From Candidatus Omnitrophota bacterium (GTDB taxonomy: Bacteria > Omnitrophota > Gorgyraeia > 1-14-0-20-64-10): a DNA stretch of 64,000 bases. Below, piece after piece: positions 1-8,879 of this stretch (positions within the stretch are counted from its first letter, which is position 1; each line of letters begins with the position of its first letter). The position numbers and the translations under genes were made by a program. A model generated the notes under the pieces. The model did not search any database, had not been told where the DNA came from, and was given only the letters and a program-made list of their open reading frames with translations. The stretch spans positions 147,306-211,305 of the forward strand of contig JAMWCF010000001.1 of NCBI GenBank assembly GCA_023818695.1, given 5' to 3'.

Positions 1-1
1 G

Positions 2-622
2 GGCATTCTTGGAGCGCTGGTCATGCGCGGCCTCTTCATCTGGGGAGGTCTTGCGCTGATTCACCAATTCCACTGGGTCATCTACGTGATGGGGGCGTTC
101 CTGGTGCTTACCGGTTTGAAACTGGTCCGCGAGAATATCGAAGACCACCCGGACAAGAACCCGGTGATCAAGTTTTGCAAGAGGATCATCCCGTTGGATA
201 CGGGCTATCAGGGGGAGGCCTTCTTCGTGAAGAAAGCGGGCAAGTGGTTTGCCACGCCGCTCTTCCTCGTGCTCGCCGTGGTCGAGATGACCGACGTGAT
301 CTTCGCCGTCGATTCGGTGCCAGCCGTGCTCGCCGTCTCGCACGACCCGTTCATTGCGTACACCTCGAACGTTTTCGCAATCCTGGGTTTGAGGGCGCTT
401 TACTTCGTGCTCTCCGGCGTGATCCCCAGGTTCGTCTACCTGCGCTACGGGTTGTGCGCGATCCTCGTTTTCGTGGGGCTGAAGATGCTCGCTTCGGCCT
501 TCTACAAGATCCCGATTGGGGCCTCTCTGGCGGTGATCGCGACGTTGCTGATCGTTTCGGTGGGGTTCTCCCTCTATGCGACGCGGGGTGGCCGAAAGCC
601 GAAGGGGCGTTCAGGCCACTAG
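2..622 (+). CDS. TerC family integral membrane protein, 5' end outside window
   Basis: The frame is open from the window edge. The translation is a polytopic membrane protein with TerC-type motifs (DVIFAVDSVPAV, YTSNVFAILGLRALYF). Confidence 0.8.
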   Translation, partial: GILGALVMRGLFIWGGLALIHQFHWVIYVMGAFLVLTGLKLVRENIEDHPDKNPVIKFCKRIIPLDTGYQGEAFFVKKAGKWFATPLFLVLAVVEMTDVIFAVDSVPAVLAVSHDPFIAYTSNVFAILGLRALYFVLSGVIPRFVYLRYGLCAILVFVGLKMLASAFYKIPIGASLAVIATLLIVSVGFSLYATRGGRKPKGRSGH

Positions 623-880
623 GGCCTGAAACTCTGTGCGCCTCCTCACGAGAGAGGCGACATAGCTGCAGGTCGGGATAACCTTCAATCCCTCCTCTTT
701 GGCGTAGCGGAAGCCGGTCTCTACCAGTTTTTCAGCTATCCCTCGGTGACGAGCATTCTCCGGTACGTAGGTGCTGTAGAAGTCCAGCGCGCCGCCGGTC
801 CGATTGTAGGAAAGGACCGCCTTTTCGCCGCCCAGATCGATCACGAAGCGGCTGCCTCTTTCATCGTGGATCACTTCCAT
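611..880 (-). CDS. small GNAT-fold N-acetyltransferase (YjdJ-like, 89 aa)
   Basis: I chose the internal ATG at 880. The product (MEVIHDERGSRFVIDL...YVPENARHRGIAEKLV...VIPTCSYV) resembles the short GNAT family. The ATG overlaps the upstream stop (TGATG). The 76-aa extension in the ORF track is R/P-rich and overlaps the neighbouring gene. Confidence 0.7.
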   Translation of the reverse strand: MEVIHDERGSRFVIDLGGEKAVLSYNRTGGALDFYSTYVPENARHRGIAEKLVETGFRYAKEEGLKVIPTCSYVASLVRRRTEFQALVA

Positions 881-1170
881 CAGGAAGCGGAGGAGTCGAT
901 CGTTTTGGCCAGCTGGAAATCCTTGGGAGTTAGTCCGCCGGCCGAGTGGGTGGAAAGGGTGAGGGTCACCTTGTTGTAAAGGATCAGGATGCCCGGGTGA
1001 TGGTCTTGGGATTCGGCGCAGCCGGCCACTTTGTTGACGAACCGGATCGCCTCCATGAATTCTTTGAACTTGTATGTTTTCGTGATCCGGCCGCCGGTCT
1101 GTTCCCACCCCGGGATTTCACGCAGGAGCGCCGCGACGGCTTCGCCGGAAAGCTTTTCGGCGCCGGCCAT
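880..1170 (-). CDS. pterin-4a-carbinolamine dehydratase (DCoH/PhhB family, COG2154)
   Basis: Family signature CAESQDHHPGILILYNKVTLTLSTHSAGGLT is present. The ATG at 1170 overlaps the stop of the upstream moeZ-like gene. Confidence 0.85.
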   Translation of the reverse strand: MAGAEKLSGEAVAALLREIPGWEQTGGRITKTYKFKEFMEAIRFVNKVAGCAESQDHHPGILILYNKVTLTLSTHSAGGLTPKDFQLAKTIDSSAS

Positions 1171-2654
1171 CAGTACCTCGGCATACCGGGATCGACCTCT
1201 TCGGCCCATGCGTCCACGCCGCCGGCCAGCGACTTGATCTTTTTGAAGCCGGCCGATTTCAGGAGCTCGGCGGCCTTCCGGCTGCGCATCCCCTTGTGGC
1301 AGTAAAGGACCATTTCGTCCGCCGAGTCCAGCTCCGACATCCTCCTGGCGAACTCGGAGCTCGGGATGAGGCGGGCCCCCTCGATATGGCAGATTTCATA
1401 TTCGTGCGCTTCCCGGACATCAATCAGCGTAATGTTGGCTTTCTCGCTCAAGAGTTTTTTTAGCTCCGGTGCGCTGATCTCCTGGACTCCGTTGGCTTGC
1501 GGCGCGGCGGCTGGCGTCTCCTCGCCCCGACGCAGACCGCAGAACTCCTCGTAGTCAATCAGCTTCCGGATGGAGGGGTTCGGGCCGCACAGAGGGCAGT
1601 CCGGGTTCTTCTTCAGCTTCAGCTCGCGGAACCGCATTTTCAATGCATTGAAGAGCAGCAGCCGTCCGATCAGCGGCTCGCCGTTTCCAAGAATCAGCTT
1701 GATCCCTTCGGTGGCCTGGATGGTGCCGATGATCCCCGGCAGGATCCCCAAGACCCCTCCCTCGGCGCAGGATGGGACCAGTCCCGGCGGCGGCGGTTCG
1801 GGGTAAAGACAGCGGTAGCAGGGACCCCGTTTGGCATCGAAGACGGAGGCCTGCCCCTCGAACCGGAAGATGGAGCCGTACACGTTCGGTTTACCCGTCA
1901 GGACGCAGGCGTCGTTGACCAGGTAGCGGGTGGGAAAGTTATCGGTACCGTCGATCACGATGTCGTAATTTTTGATGATCTCCATGGCGTTTTCAGAAGA
2001 CAGGCGGACCTCGTGCGTTTCGATCCTGATGTGGGGGTTAATCGCCTGAAGCCGCTCCTTCGCGGCCTGGAGTTTTGGTTTGCCGACGTCCTGCGTGGTA
2101 TAGAGGACCTGCCGCTGGAGGTTCGTGAAATCGACCACGTCAAAATCAACCAGCCCGATCCGCCCCACACCGGCTGAAGCCAGGTAAAGCCCCAGCGGGG
2201 AACCAAGCCCGCCGGTGCCGATCAGGAGCATGGAGGCGGCCTTGAGTTTTTTCTGGCCTTCCACCCCCACCTCCGGCATGATCAGGTGACGGCTGTACCG
2301 CTTGATCTCATCATGGGAGAGATTGACCGGCTCGTCGGCGCCACCGGCGATGGAGGGGACGATGGTCAAAGCGTCGGTCTCTTTGAGGGCCGTTTGAAGC
2401 CCCTGCGCGTGCCGGATATCTTCGTCATTGACGAAGACGTTCACGAAAGAGCGGAGTTTGCCTTCTTCTTCATAAAGGTGGGGTTCGAGCGCCTCATGCT
2501 GGCGGACAAGATCCTTCAAGGCCTCTCCGACGGTTCGCCCGGTGACCCGGATCGTCTCCTCTTGGCCGACGAACCTTTGCAGGGCCGTCGGGATATAGAC
2601 AGGGATCGTATTATTGTTTCCAGAATTCTTCATCGAGATACCGTTCGCCTCCAT
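1170..2654 (-). CDS. three-domain fusion: CysO/MoaD-like sulfur carrier (ends SIAGG) + MoeB/MoeZ E1-like adenylyltransferase + rhodanese
   Basis: aa 1-105 resemble mycobacterial CysO (IPTALQRF.G, FVNVFVNDEDIR, TIVPSIAGG). aa ~112-370 form a ThiF/MoeB fold (IGTGGLGSP, CYRC and CPLC zinc motifs, PSCAEGGVLG). aa ~395-494 form a rhodanese domain with active-site loop CHKGMRS. The start is ATG 2654 or ATG 2633; both overlap the end of cysM. Confidence 0.85.
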   Translation of the reverse strand: MEANGISMKNSGNNNTIPVYIPTALQRFVGQEETIRVTGRTVGEALKDLVRQHEALEPHLYEEEGKLRSFVNVFVNDEDIRHAQGLQTALKETDALTIVPSIAGGADEPVNLSHDEIKRYSRHLIMPEVGVEGQKKLKAASMLLIGTGGLGSPLGLYLASAGVGRIGLVDFDVVDFTNLQRQVLYTTQDVGKPKLQAAKERLQAINPHIRIETHEVRLSSENAMEIIKNYDIVIDGTDNFPTRYLVNDACVLTGKPNVYGSIFRFEGQASVFDAKRGPCYRCLYPEPPPPGLVPSCAEGGVLGILPGIIGTIQATEGIKLILGNGEPLIGRLLLFNALKMRFRELKLKKNPDCPLCGPNPSIRKLIDYEEFCGLRRGEETPAAAPQANGVQEISAPELKKLLSEKANITLIDVREAHEYEICHIEGARLIPSSEFARRMSELDSADEMVLYCHKGMRSRKAAELLKSAGFKKIKSLAGGVDAWAEEVDPGMPRY

Positions 2655-3546
2655 CAGGGAAAATCATGACAATGAGTCCACGCTCTATTCCGCGGGCGAT
2701 CCTCAAGCCGGCTTCCAGAGCGGCGCCGGAGGAGATCCCCACGAGCAACCCTTCTTCCCGCGCCAGCCGTTTGACCATCCGGTAAGCCCTCTCGGTCTTC
2801 ACCATCTCCTGCCGGTCGGGAAGTCCGGCGTCATAGATGCCGGGAACAATGGAAGTTGCCATCTGTTTCAACCCTTCCAGCCCGTGCAGGGGGGAGTCCG
2901 GCTGGACTGCAACCAGCTGGATCGATGGATTCAGCTCTTTCAACCGTCGGCCGGTTCCCATCATCGTGCCGCTGGTCCCCAGGCCGGCCACGAAGTGGGT
3001 CACCGTTCCCTCCGTCTGTTCCCAGATCTCCGGGCCGGTTGTGTCGTAGTGGGCCTGCCAGTTGCAGGGGTTGTTGTACTGATCGGCGTAGAAATACCTC
3101 GCCGGCGATTCTCCGGCCAGGCGGCGCGCTTCCAGGATGGCGCCGTCCGAACTCTCCAGGGGGTTGGTCAGGACCAGCTCCGCTCCGTAAGCCCGCAGGG
3201 TTTTGATGACGGAAGGGCTCGCGTTGGCTGGGACGCACAGTCTCACCCGGTATCCTTTCGCCGATCCGATCATCGCGTAAGCGACGGCGGTGTTTCCGGA
3301 GCTGGCGTCCAGGAGGACCTTCTCCTTCGTGAGAAGACCGGTCCGTTCCGCCTCGGCAACGATGCGGGCGGCGGCCCTGTCTTTGACCGATCCCCCCGGA
3401 TTGAACCATTCGGCTTTGGCTAGAAGTGTGACGTGGGGAACCTCCTGGTTGATCTTCTTCAGCGGCATAAGGGGGGTGTTTCCAATCCGGCTTAATATAT
3501 CGCCCGCTTCCGTGAGGCCGACTTCAGAAACGCCGATTCTTTTCAT
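2611..3546 (-). CDS. cysM: PLP-dependent cysteine synthase, CysM-like
   Basis: Motifs GGSVKDR (PLP lysine), LGTSGTMMG and ISSGAA are present. Start set at ATG 3546 (MKRIGVSE...), 1 nt after the upstream stop. The 31-aa ORF-track extension is rejected. Confidence 0.8.
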   Translation of the reverse strand: MKRIGVSEVGLTEAGDILSRIGNTPLMPLKKINQEVPHVTLLAKAEWFNPGGSVKDRAAARIVAEAERTGLLTKEKVLLDASSGNTAVAYAMIGSAKGYRVRLCVPANASPSVIKTLRAYGAELVLTNPLESSDGAILEARRLAGESPARYFYADQYNNPCNWQAHYDTTGPEIWEQTEGTVTHFVAGLGTSGTMMGTGRRLKELNPSIQLVAVQPDSPLHGLEGLKQMATSIVPGIYDAGLPDRQEMVKTERAYRMVKRLAREEGLLVGISSGAALEAGLRIARGIERGLIVMIFPDGGERYLDEEFWKQ

Positions 3547-3547
3547 C

Positions 3548-4390
3548 CTACCAGATTCCCAGCTCCGCTTTGGCCTCTTCGGAGGCCATTGTTTTCGGAT
3601 CCCACGGAGGCGACCAGACCAGTTCCGGCTGAACCTCATTCACCCAGGGCAGTCTGCCCACGACCCCCTGCACCTGTCCCTTGATGACCGGCCCCAGCGG
3701 GCAACCGGGACTGGTGAGGGTATAGATGATCTTCACGGAGCCGTCGTGGATCTCGATGCCGTAGATGAGCCCCAGATCCACGACGTTCATGTTTAATTCC
3801 GGGTCGATGACCCTTGTCAGCGCGGCCCGGACCTCCTCCTCTTTGCTGGAGGAAGACCGGATGGGCTGCGCTCCGGCGGAAACTTCATGAGCAGGGAATC
3901 TGTCGGTATCTGATTTCATCCCCTCCTCCCCCTCCACGTGGCTGGCCTGGTTTTCCCCCCGCTCGCGCGCCAAGATCCCATCCAGCAGGGTGTTCCATGC
4001 CAATATCGCGCATTTGATCCGGACCGGGTACTTCTTGATCCCCTCGAGGGCTTCCAGGTCTTCCAATTCTCCCGGAAACTCCATCGGCTTCGATTCCAGC
4101 ATCAGTTTCTTGAAGCTGCCGATGATCTCCTTTGTTTCGGCGAAGCTCTTTCCCTTGACCGCCTCCGTCATCATGGAGGCGGAGGACTGGCTGATCGAAC
4201 AGCCCTTTCCTTCGAACTTCAGGTCCTGGAGGATGTCGCCCCTGACGGCCGCCGTCAGCTCGAGCTCGTCGCCGCAGAAGGGATTGGCTCCCTGCGCCCT
4301 GAAATCCGGTTTCTCCAGCCGGCCATGGTTTCGCGGGTTTTTGAAATGTTCCAGGATGATGTCCCGGTACAGATCATCTGCGAGAGACAA
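3548..4390 (-). CDS. SufU/IscU-like scaffold fused to a C-terminal DUF59 (SufT/MIP18-like) domain
   Basis: N-terminal domain: LYRDIILEHFKNPRNHG, NPFCGDELEL, GKGCSISQSSASMM, IKCAILAW. A linker of about 45 aa follows. C-terminal domain: ALTRVIDPELNMNVVDLGLIYGIE and TLTSPGCPLG. The likely start is TTG 4390, 10 nt after AAGGAG; the track start TTG 4426 is also possible. Confidence 0.8.
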   Translation of the reverse strand: MSLADDLYRDIILEHFKNPRNHGRLEKPDFRAQGANPFCGDELELTAAVRGDILQDLKFEGKGCSISQSSASMMTEAVKGKSFAETKEIIGSFKKLMLESKPMEFPGELEDLEALEGIKKYPVRIKCAILAWNTLLDGILARERGENQASHVEGEEGMKSDTDRFPAHEVSAGAQPIRSSSSKEEEVRAALTRVIDPELNMNVVDLGLIYGIEIHDGSVKIIYTLTSPGCPLGPVIKGQVQGVVGRLPWVNEVQPELVWSPPWDPKTMASEEAKAELGIW

Positions 4391-5612
4391 CGGAAAAGAT
4401 CTCCTTTGCTTTCCGGAGGGCGGCAACGAGAAGATCCGCCTCTTCCAGTGTGTTGTACAGATAAAAGCTGGCCCGGGCGGTGGCGACCACCCCCAGCTTC
4501 CTCATAAGGGGTTTGCAGCAGTGGTGGCCCGCTCGGATCGCGATCCCGGCGTCATCCAGGATCTGCCCGAGGTCGTGCGGGTGGAGATCCTGGACGTTGA
4601 ATGAAACAGCCCCGCCTCGGACCGCGGGGTCCATCGGGCCGTACACAGTAATTCCCTCCACCTGCCGGAGCTTTTCCAGCGTGGTGCGGGTCAACTCCGC
4701 TTCATGGGCCCGGATCTCCGGCATCCCGATCCCTTTGAGGTAGTCGATGGCCGCGCCGAAGGCGATCACATCGGCGATGTTGGGGGTCCCCGCTTCGAAT
4801 TTCCAGGGCAGGTCGTTCCATGTGGAGTGGTCCAGCCAGACGTCCTTGATCATGTCCCCGCCGGACAGGAAAGGGTCCATCTCTTCCAGGATCGCCTCCT
4901 TTGCGTACAGCACGCCTACCCCGGTGGGGCCGAGCATCTTGTGGGATGAGAAGGCCAGGAAATCGCAGTTCAGGTCGACCACGTTCACCGGCATGTGAGG
5001 AACCGCCTGCGCCCCATCCACCAGGACAGGAATCCCCTTCGCGTGGGCCATTTGGATGATCTCTTTCACCGGGTTGATGGTGCCAAGGACATTGGACATC
5101 AGGGTCAGCGAAACCAGCTTCGTTCGGCCTTCCAGGAGTCCGGGGACCGCGCCCATATCAAGCCGGCCGTCCGTGACGACTGGGATGAATTTGAGCCGAA
5201 GCCCTTTTCTCTGGGCCAGAATTTGCCAGGGCACGAGGTTGGAATGGTGCTCCATCTCCGTCAGGAGGATCTCGTCACCCTGCCGAAGGTGCTTCAGCCC
5301 CCAGCTGTGGCTGACCAGGTTGATCGACTCGGTGGTATTCCGGGTGAAGATCACCATCGTCGGTTTGGGAGCCCCGATGAAGCGGGCTGTCTTCTCCCGG
5401 ACCCCCTCGTAGAGGGCGGTCGATTCTTCACTCAAGGCGTGAATTCCCCGGTGGATGTTGGCGTTGTGCAGGGTGTAGTAATCCGCCAGCGCTTGCACCA
5501 CCTGGAGTGGTTTCTGCGAGGTGGCGGCGTTGTCCAGATAGACCAGCGGCTTGTCGTTGACCCGCCTCTTCAGGATCGGGAAGTCCTCTCTTATCTTCTT
5601 CGCGTCCAGCAT
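4374..5612 (-). CDS. sufS: cysteine desulfurase SufS
   Basis: Class V aminotransferase motifs SSHKMLGPTGVGVLY (PLP lysine) and RAGHHCCKPL (active-site Cys). Start at ATG 5612 (MLDAKKIREDFP...), 8 nt after the sufA stop. Confidence 0.9.
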   Translation of the reverse strand: MLDAKKIREDFPILKRRVNDKPLVYLDNAATSQKPLQVVQALADYYTLHNANIHRGIHALSEESTALYEGVREKTARFIGAPKPTMVIFTRNTTESINLVSHSWGLKHLRQGDEILLTEMEHHSNLVPWQILAQRKGLRLKFIPVVTDGRLDMGAVPGLLEGRTKLVSLTLMSNVLGTINPVKEIIQMAHAKGIPVLVDGAQAVPHMPVNVVDLNCDFLAFSSHKMLGPTGVGVLYAKEAILEEMDPFLSGGDMIKDVWLDHSTWNDLPWKFEAGTPNIADVIAFGAAIDYLKGIGMPEIRAHEAELTRTTLEKLRQVEGITVYGPMDPAVRGGAVSFNVQDLHPHDLGQILDDAGIAIRAGHHCCKPLMRKLGVVATARASFYLYNTLEEADLLVAALRKAKEIFSVVSRR

Positions 5613-5620
5613 GCTTTCCT

Positions 5621-5944
5621 TTATACGCTGAATGAGTGACCGCAGCCGCACGACCCCTTCGCGTTTGGGTTCTCGATGGTGAAACCGGCTCCTGTCATGG
5701 CGTCGACCCAGTCGACCCGGCAGTTGTCCACCATCGGCAGGGATTTTGGGTCGACGACCACCTTGATCCCGTTGTTGTCGAAAACGGCGTCCTCGGAGGA
5801 GGGGTTCTGGTCGAAATCCATCGCGTAGGAGTATCCGGAACAACCCCCTCCCACCACCCGGATCCGCAGGGCATACCCTGTTTTTCCCTCCGACTCCTGG
5901 AGTGTTTGGACCTTCTTTATCGCTTTTTCCGTGAGTGTGATCAT
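5621..5944 (-). CDS. sufA: HesB/IscA-family Fe-S carrier (SufA/ErpA-like)
   Basis: GGGCSGYSY and the C-terminal GSCGCGHSF cysteine motif. 107 aa. Confidence 0.85.
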   Translation of the reverse strand: MITLTEKAIKKVQTLQESEGKTGYALRIRVVGGGCSGYSYAMDFDQNPSSEDAVFDNNGIKVVVDPKSLPMVDNCRVDWVDAMTGAGFTIENPNAKGSCGCGHSFSV

Positions 5945-5956
5945 CGTATCCTCCCT

Positions 5957-6265
5957 TTAGATTTGTATGAGAACGTCATTTCCATCCACCTTAACCGGGA
6001 ATGTCTTCACCGGGACGACGGCGGGCAGGGTGATCGCCTCACCGGTTTTTACGTTGAATCGGGCGCCGTGCCGGGGACATTCCACCTCCTCTCCCTCCAG
6101 GGTCCCCTCCCCGAGCGGGCCCCCATCATGCGTGCACAGGTCCTCAATTGCGTAAAATGCGCCGCCGTTGCGGGCCAGGGCGATCCTGCGGCCCTTGGCC
6201 TCCACCACCTTGATGCTTCCTTCCGGCAGATCGCTGGTCTGCGCCGCCTTAACCCAGCCGCTCAT
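5957..6265 (-). CDS. Rieske-type [2Fe-2S] ferredoxin-like protein
   Basis: Rieske motifs LCTHDGGPL and ECPRHGARF. ATG 6265 forms an ATGA overlap with the sufD stop. Confidence 0.8.
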   Translation of the reverse strand: MSGWVKAAQTSDLPEGSIKVVEAKGRRIALARNGGAFYAIEDLCTHDGGPLGEGTLEGEEVECPRHGARFNVKTGEAITLPAVVPVKTFPVKVDGNDVLIQI

Positions 6266-7470
6266 GCGCCGTTGAGTCTCCTCTTTAATTCCGACATCAG
6301 CCGTTCGCGGAGCTCTTCCGCGGGGATCCTCTGCAGGATCTGCTCGAAGAAACCTTCCACGATCAGATGTTCCGCTTCGGCGGGCGCAAGCCCTCGGCTG
6401 TTGAGATAGTAGATCTGGTCCTGGTCGACCGGCCCCACGGCCACACCGTGCGTGCATCGCACATCATCGGCCAGGATCTCGAGCATCGGGACCGAATCGG
6501 CGGAGGCGCCGTCGCTCAAGAGCAGGTTTCTGTTGGCCTGGTAGGCGTCCGATTTCTGCGCTTGTTTTTCGATCCGGATCAGCCCGGTGTAGACCGCTTT
6601 CGAGCTGTCTTTCAGGGCGCTCTTGTACAGCAGGTCACTGCGGGTTTGTCCCGAACGGTGGTCCTGCACCGTGTGGAAGTCGAAATGCTGGGAATCCGAA
6701 CCGAACAGCACCCCGAGCAGGTCCGCTTGCGCCCCTTTCTCCTGGAGAATCGTTTCAATCTGCGCCTTCGTCGCTTTCGCCCCCAGCGCCGCGTGGATAT
6801 TCAGGAAGCTCGCATCCCGAGCGATCTCCGTCCGCTGGGTGTAGATCTCCGATATGTTTTCCCCCCACTGCTGGAGGTGAATGTAGCGCAGTGTCCCCTC
6901 CTCCCCGACCGAGATCTCCACCATTTCATCGGAGAAGGCGGGGTTGCCTCCTCCGGCCGCACCGATCCTCTCGTCTATCAGGGTCGCTTCCGAGCGCCGT
7001 CCCATCACGATGACGACGTGGGGAAAGAAGGCCAGGGCGCCCGCCGATTCGGAGATCCGGACCCGCAGGGGTGTCGGGATCTTCACACCGTCCGGGACGA
7101 AGACGAACACCCCCTGCCGCCACAGGGCCTCATGCAGGGAGACATGCTTCGCGAGCCCCAGCGGCCGGCCGGTCCGGAAGAGGTGTTTCTCCATCAGGTC
7201 GGGGAATTGGCGAAGGGCCGTGCTCAAATCGGTGACGATGACCCCCGACCGGATCCATTCCGGTGCCGGGGTTTCGAAGCTCACCTGCAGCGCTTCCTTC
7301 GGATCGAAACCGGCCGGTTCCCACCGGAAGGAATCCGGATCGGTCCGCCGCCATTCCTCGTCCGTTTTGAGGGGCCAGGGAAGGGAGTTAAACTTCTCCC
7401 ACCCCTCCCGGCGCAGCCGCAGCAGCCGGCTTGAAGATTCCGGTCCGAGCCGCTTGAGGACCTCTTCCAT
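6262..7470 (-). CDS. sufD: Fe-S cluster assembly protein SufD
   Basis: SufB/D-family C-terminus (DQIYYLNSRGLAPAEAEHLIVEGF). The start overlaps the sufB stop. Confidence 0.85.
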   Translation of the reverse strand: MEEVLKRLGPESSSRLLRLRREGWEKFNSLPWPLKTDEEWRRTDPDSFRWEPAGFDPKEALQVSFETPAPEWIRSGVIVTDLSTALRQFPDLMEKHLFRTGRPLGLAKHVSLHEALWRQGVFVFVPDGVKIPTPLRVRISESAGALAFFPHVVIVMGRRSEATLIDERIGAAGGGNPAFSDEMVEISVGEEGTLRYIHLQQWGENISEIYTQRTEIARDASFLNIHAALGAKATKAQIETILQEKGAQADLLGVLFGSDSQHFDFHTVQDHRSGQTRSDLLYKSALKDSSKAVYTGLIRIEKQAQKSDAYQANRNLLLSDGASADSVPMLEILADDVRCTHGVAVGPVDQDQIYYLNSRGLAPAEAEHLIVEGFFEQILQRIPAEELRERLMSELKRRLNGA

Positions 7471-8879
7471 CAGCCGACAGATCCCTCCATCTCCAGCTGG
7501 ATGAGCCGGTTCAACTCCACCGCGTATTCCAGAGGGAGTTCCTTCGCGAAGGCCTCGAAGAAGCCGTTGACGATCATGGTGGTGGCCTCCTGTTCTTTCA
7601 GGCCCCGGCTCATCAGGTAAAAAAGCTGTTCCTCTCCCACCTTGCTGACGGTCGCTTCATGCCCGATCTGGACGTGCTTGGCGTCTATCTCCATGGTGGG
7701 GTATGTGTCCGAGCGGGAGATCTCATCCATCAGCAGGGCGTCGCATCGGACGGATGACTTGACGTGCTCCGCCTGGGGATAGACCTTCACCAGCCCTCGG
7801 TAGCTCGTTCGCCCGCCATCCTTCGAGATCGACTTCGCAAGGATCGTGGAGCTTGTTTCCGGGGCGGCGTGGACCATCTTGGCTCCGGCGTCTTGGTGCT
7901 GGCCCTTGCCGGAGAAGGCGACGGAGATCACCTCCCCCCTGGCTTTGCGGCCGACCAGGTAGACCCCCGGGTACTTCATCGTCAGCTTACTGCCGAGGTT
8001 GCCGTCCAGCCACTCCACGATCGACTCCTCATGGGCGATCGCCCGCTTGGTCACCAGGTTGTAGACATTCTTGGACCAGTTCTGGATGGTCGTGTACCGG
8101 ATGTGTGCGTGGGGCAGGGCCACCAGCTCCACGACCGCCGAATGCAGACTATCGGAGGCGTAAACCGGGGCCGTGCATCCCTCGATGTAATGGACTGATG
8201 AGCCCTCATCAGCGATGATCAGCGTTCTCTCGAACTGTCCCATGTTTTCCGCGTTGATCCGGAAGTAGGCCTGCAGCGGGATCGCCACCCGAACCCCCTT
8301 GGGCACGTAGATGAAGCTCCCTCCCGACCAGACGGCGGAGTTGAGCGCCGCGAACTTGTTATCAGCCGCTGGGATGACGGTTCCGAAATATTTCCGAACC
8401 AGTTCCGGATATTGCTTCAGGCCGTCATCCATTCCGAGGAAGATGACCCCCTGCTTCTCCAGGTCCTCCCGAATGGAGTGGTAGACAACCTCGCTTTCAT
8501 ACTGGGCGGTTACGCCGGCCAGGAACTTGCGCTCGGCTTCCGGGACGCCCAGCCGGTCGAACGTCTTCTTGATCTCTTCGGGCACGTCTTCCCATGTCCG
8601 GCCCTGTTTGTCGGTCGGTTTGAGGTAGTAATAGATGTTCTCGAAATCGATCTGGGAGAGGATCTCCAGGTTGGCCCAGGGGGGCAGGGGTTTCCTGTTG
8701 AAATGCTCCAGGGCCTTGAGACGCAGCTGCCTCATCCAGCCCGGCTCCTTCTTCATCCAGGAGATCTCTTCGACGATGTTCTTCGTCAGCCCCCTTTTCG
8801 CCTTGTAGACGTATTTCTCCGGGTCGTGGAAGCCGTATTCCTGCTCGTAGTTCTTGCCGACATCAATGCCCGGCTTCAT
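7470..8879 (-). CDS. sufB: Fe-S cluster assembly protein SufB
   Basis: Strong SufB-like translation ([19 protein letters not shown]..., [24 protein letters not shown]). Start at ATG 8879; the track extension is rejected. Confidence 0.95.
   Translation of the reverse strand: MKPGIDVGKNYEQEYGFHDPEKYVYKAKRGLTKNIVEEISWMKKEPGWMRQLRLKALEHFNRKPLPPWANLEILSQIDFENIYYYLKPTDKQGRTWEDVPEEIKKTFDRLGVPEAERKFLAGVTAQYESEVVYHSIREDLEKQGVIFLGMDDGLKQYPELVRKYFGTVIPAADNKFAALNSAVWSGGSFIYVPKGVRVAIPLQAYFRINAENMGQFERTLIIADEGSSVHYIEGCTAPVYASDSLHSAVVELVALPHAHIRYTTIQNWSKNVYNLVTKRAIAHEESIVEWLDGNLGSKLTMKYPGVYLVGRKARGEVISVAFSGKGQHQDAGAKMVHAAPETSSTILAKSISKDGGRTSYRGLVKVYPQAEHVKSSVRCDALLMDEISRSDTYPTMEIDAKHVQIGHEATVSKVGEEQLFYLMSRGLKEQEATTMIVNGFFEAFAKELPLEYAVELNRLIQLEMEGSVG

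Noticed and set aside
4374-5843. 5' extensions of ORF-track entries, for example sufS to 5843, sufB to 9008, sufC to 9750, cysM to 3639, Rieske to 6457, nuoK to 36349, sdhB from 43057, nuoG from 26671, and the TPR gene from 52934.
   Set aside because: The extensions overlap the upstream gene in another frame and are R/P-rich. The family-typical N-termini begin at internal ATG/GTG/TTG codons that sit on or next to the upstream stop codon.
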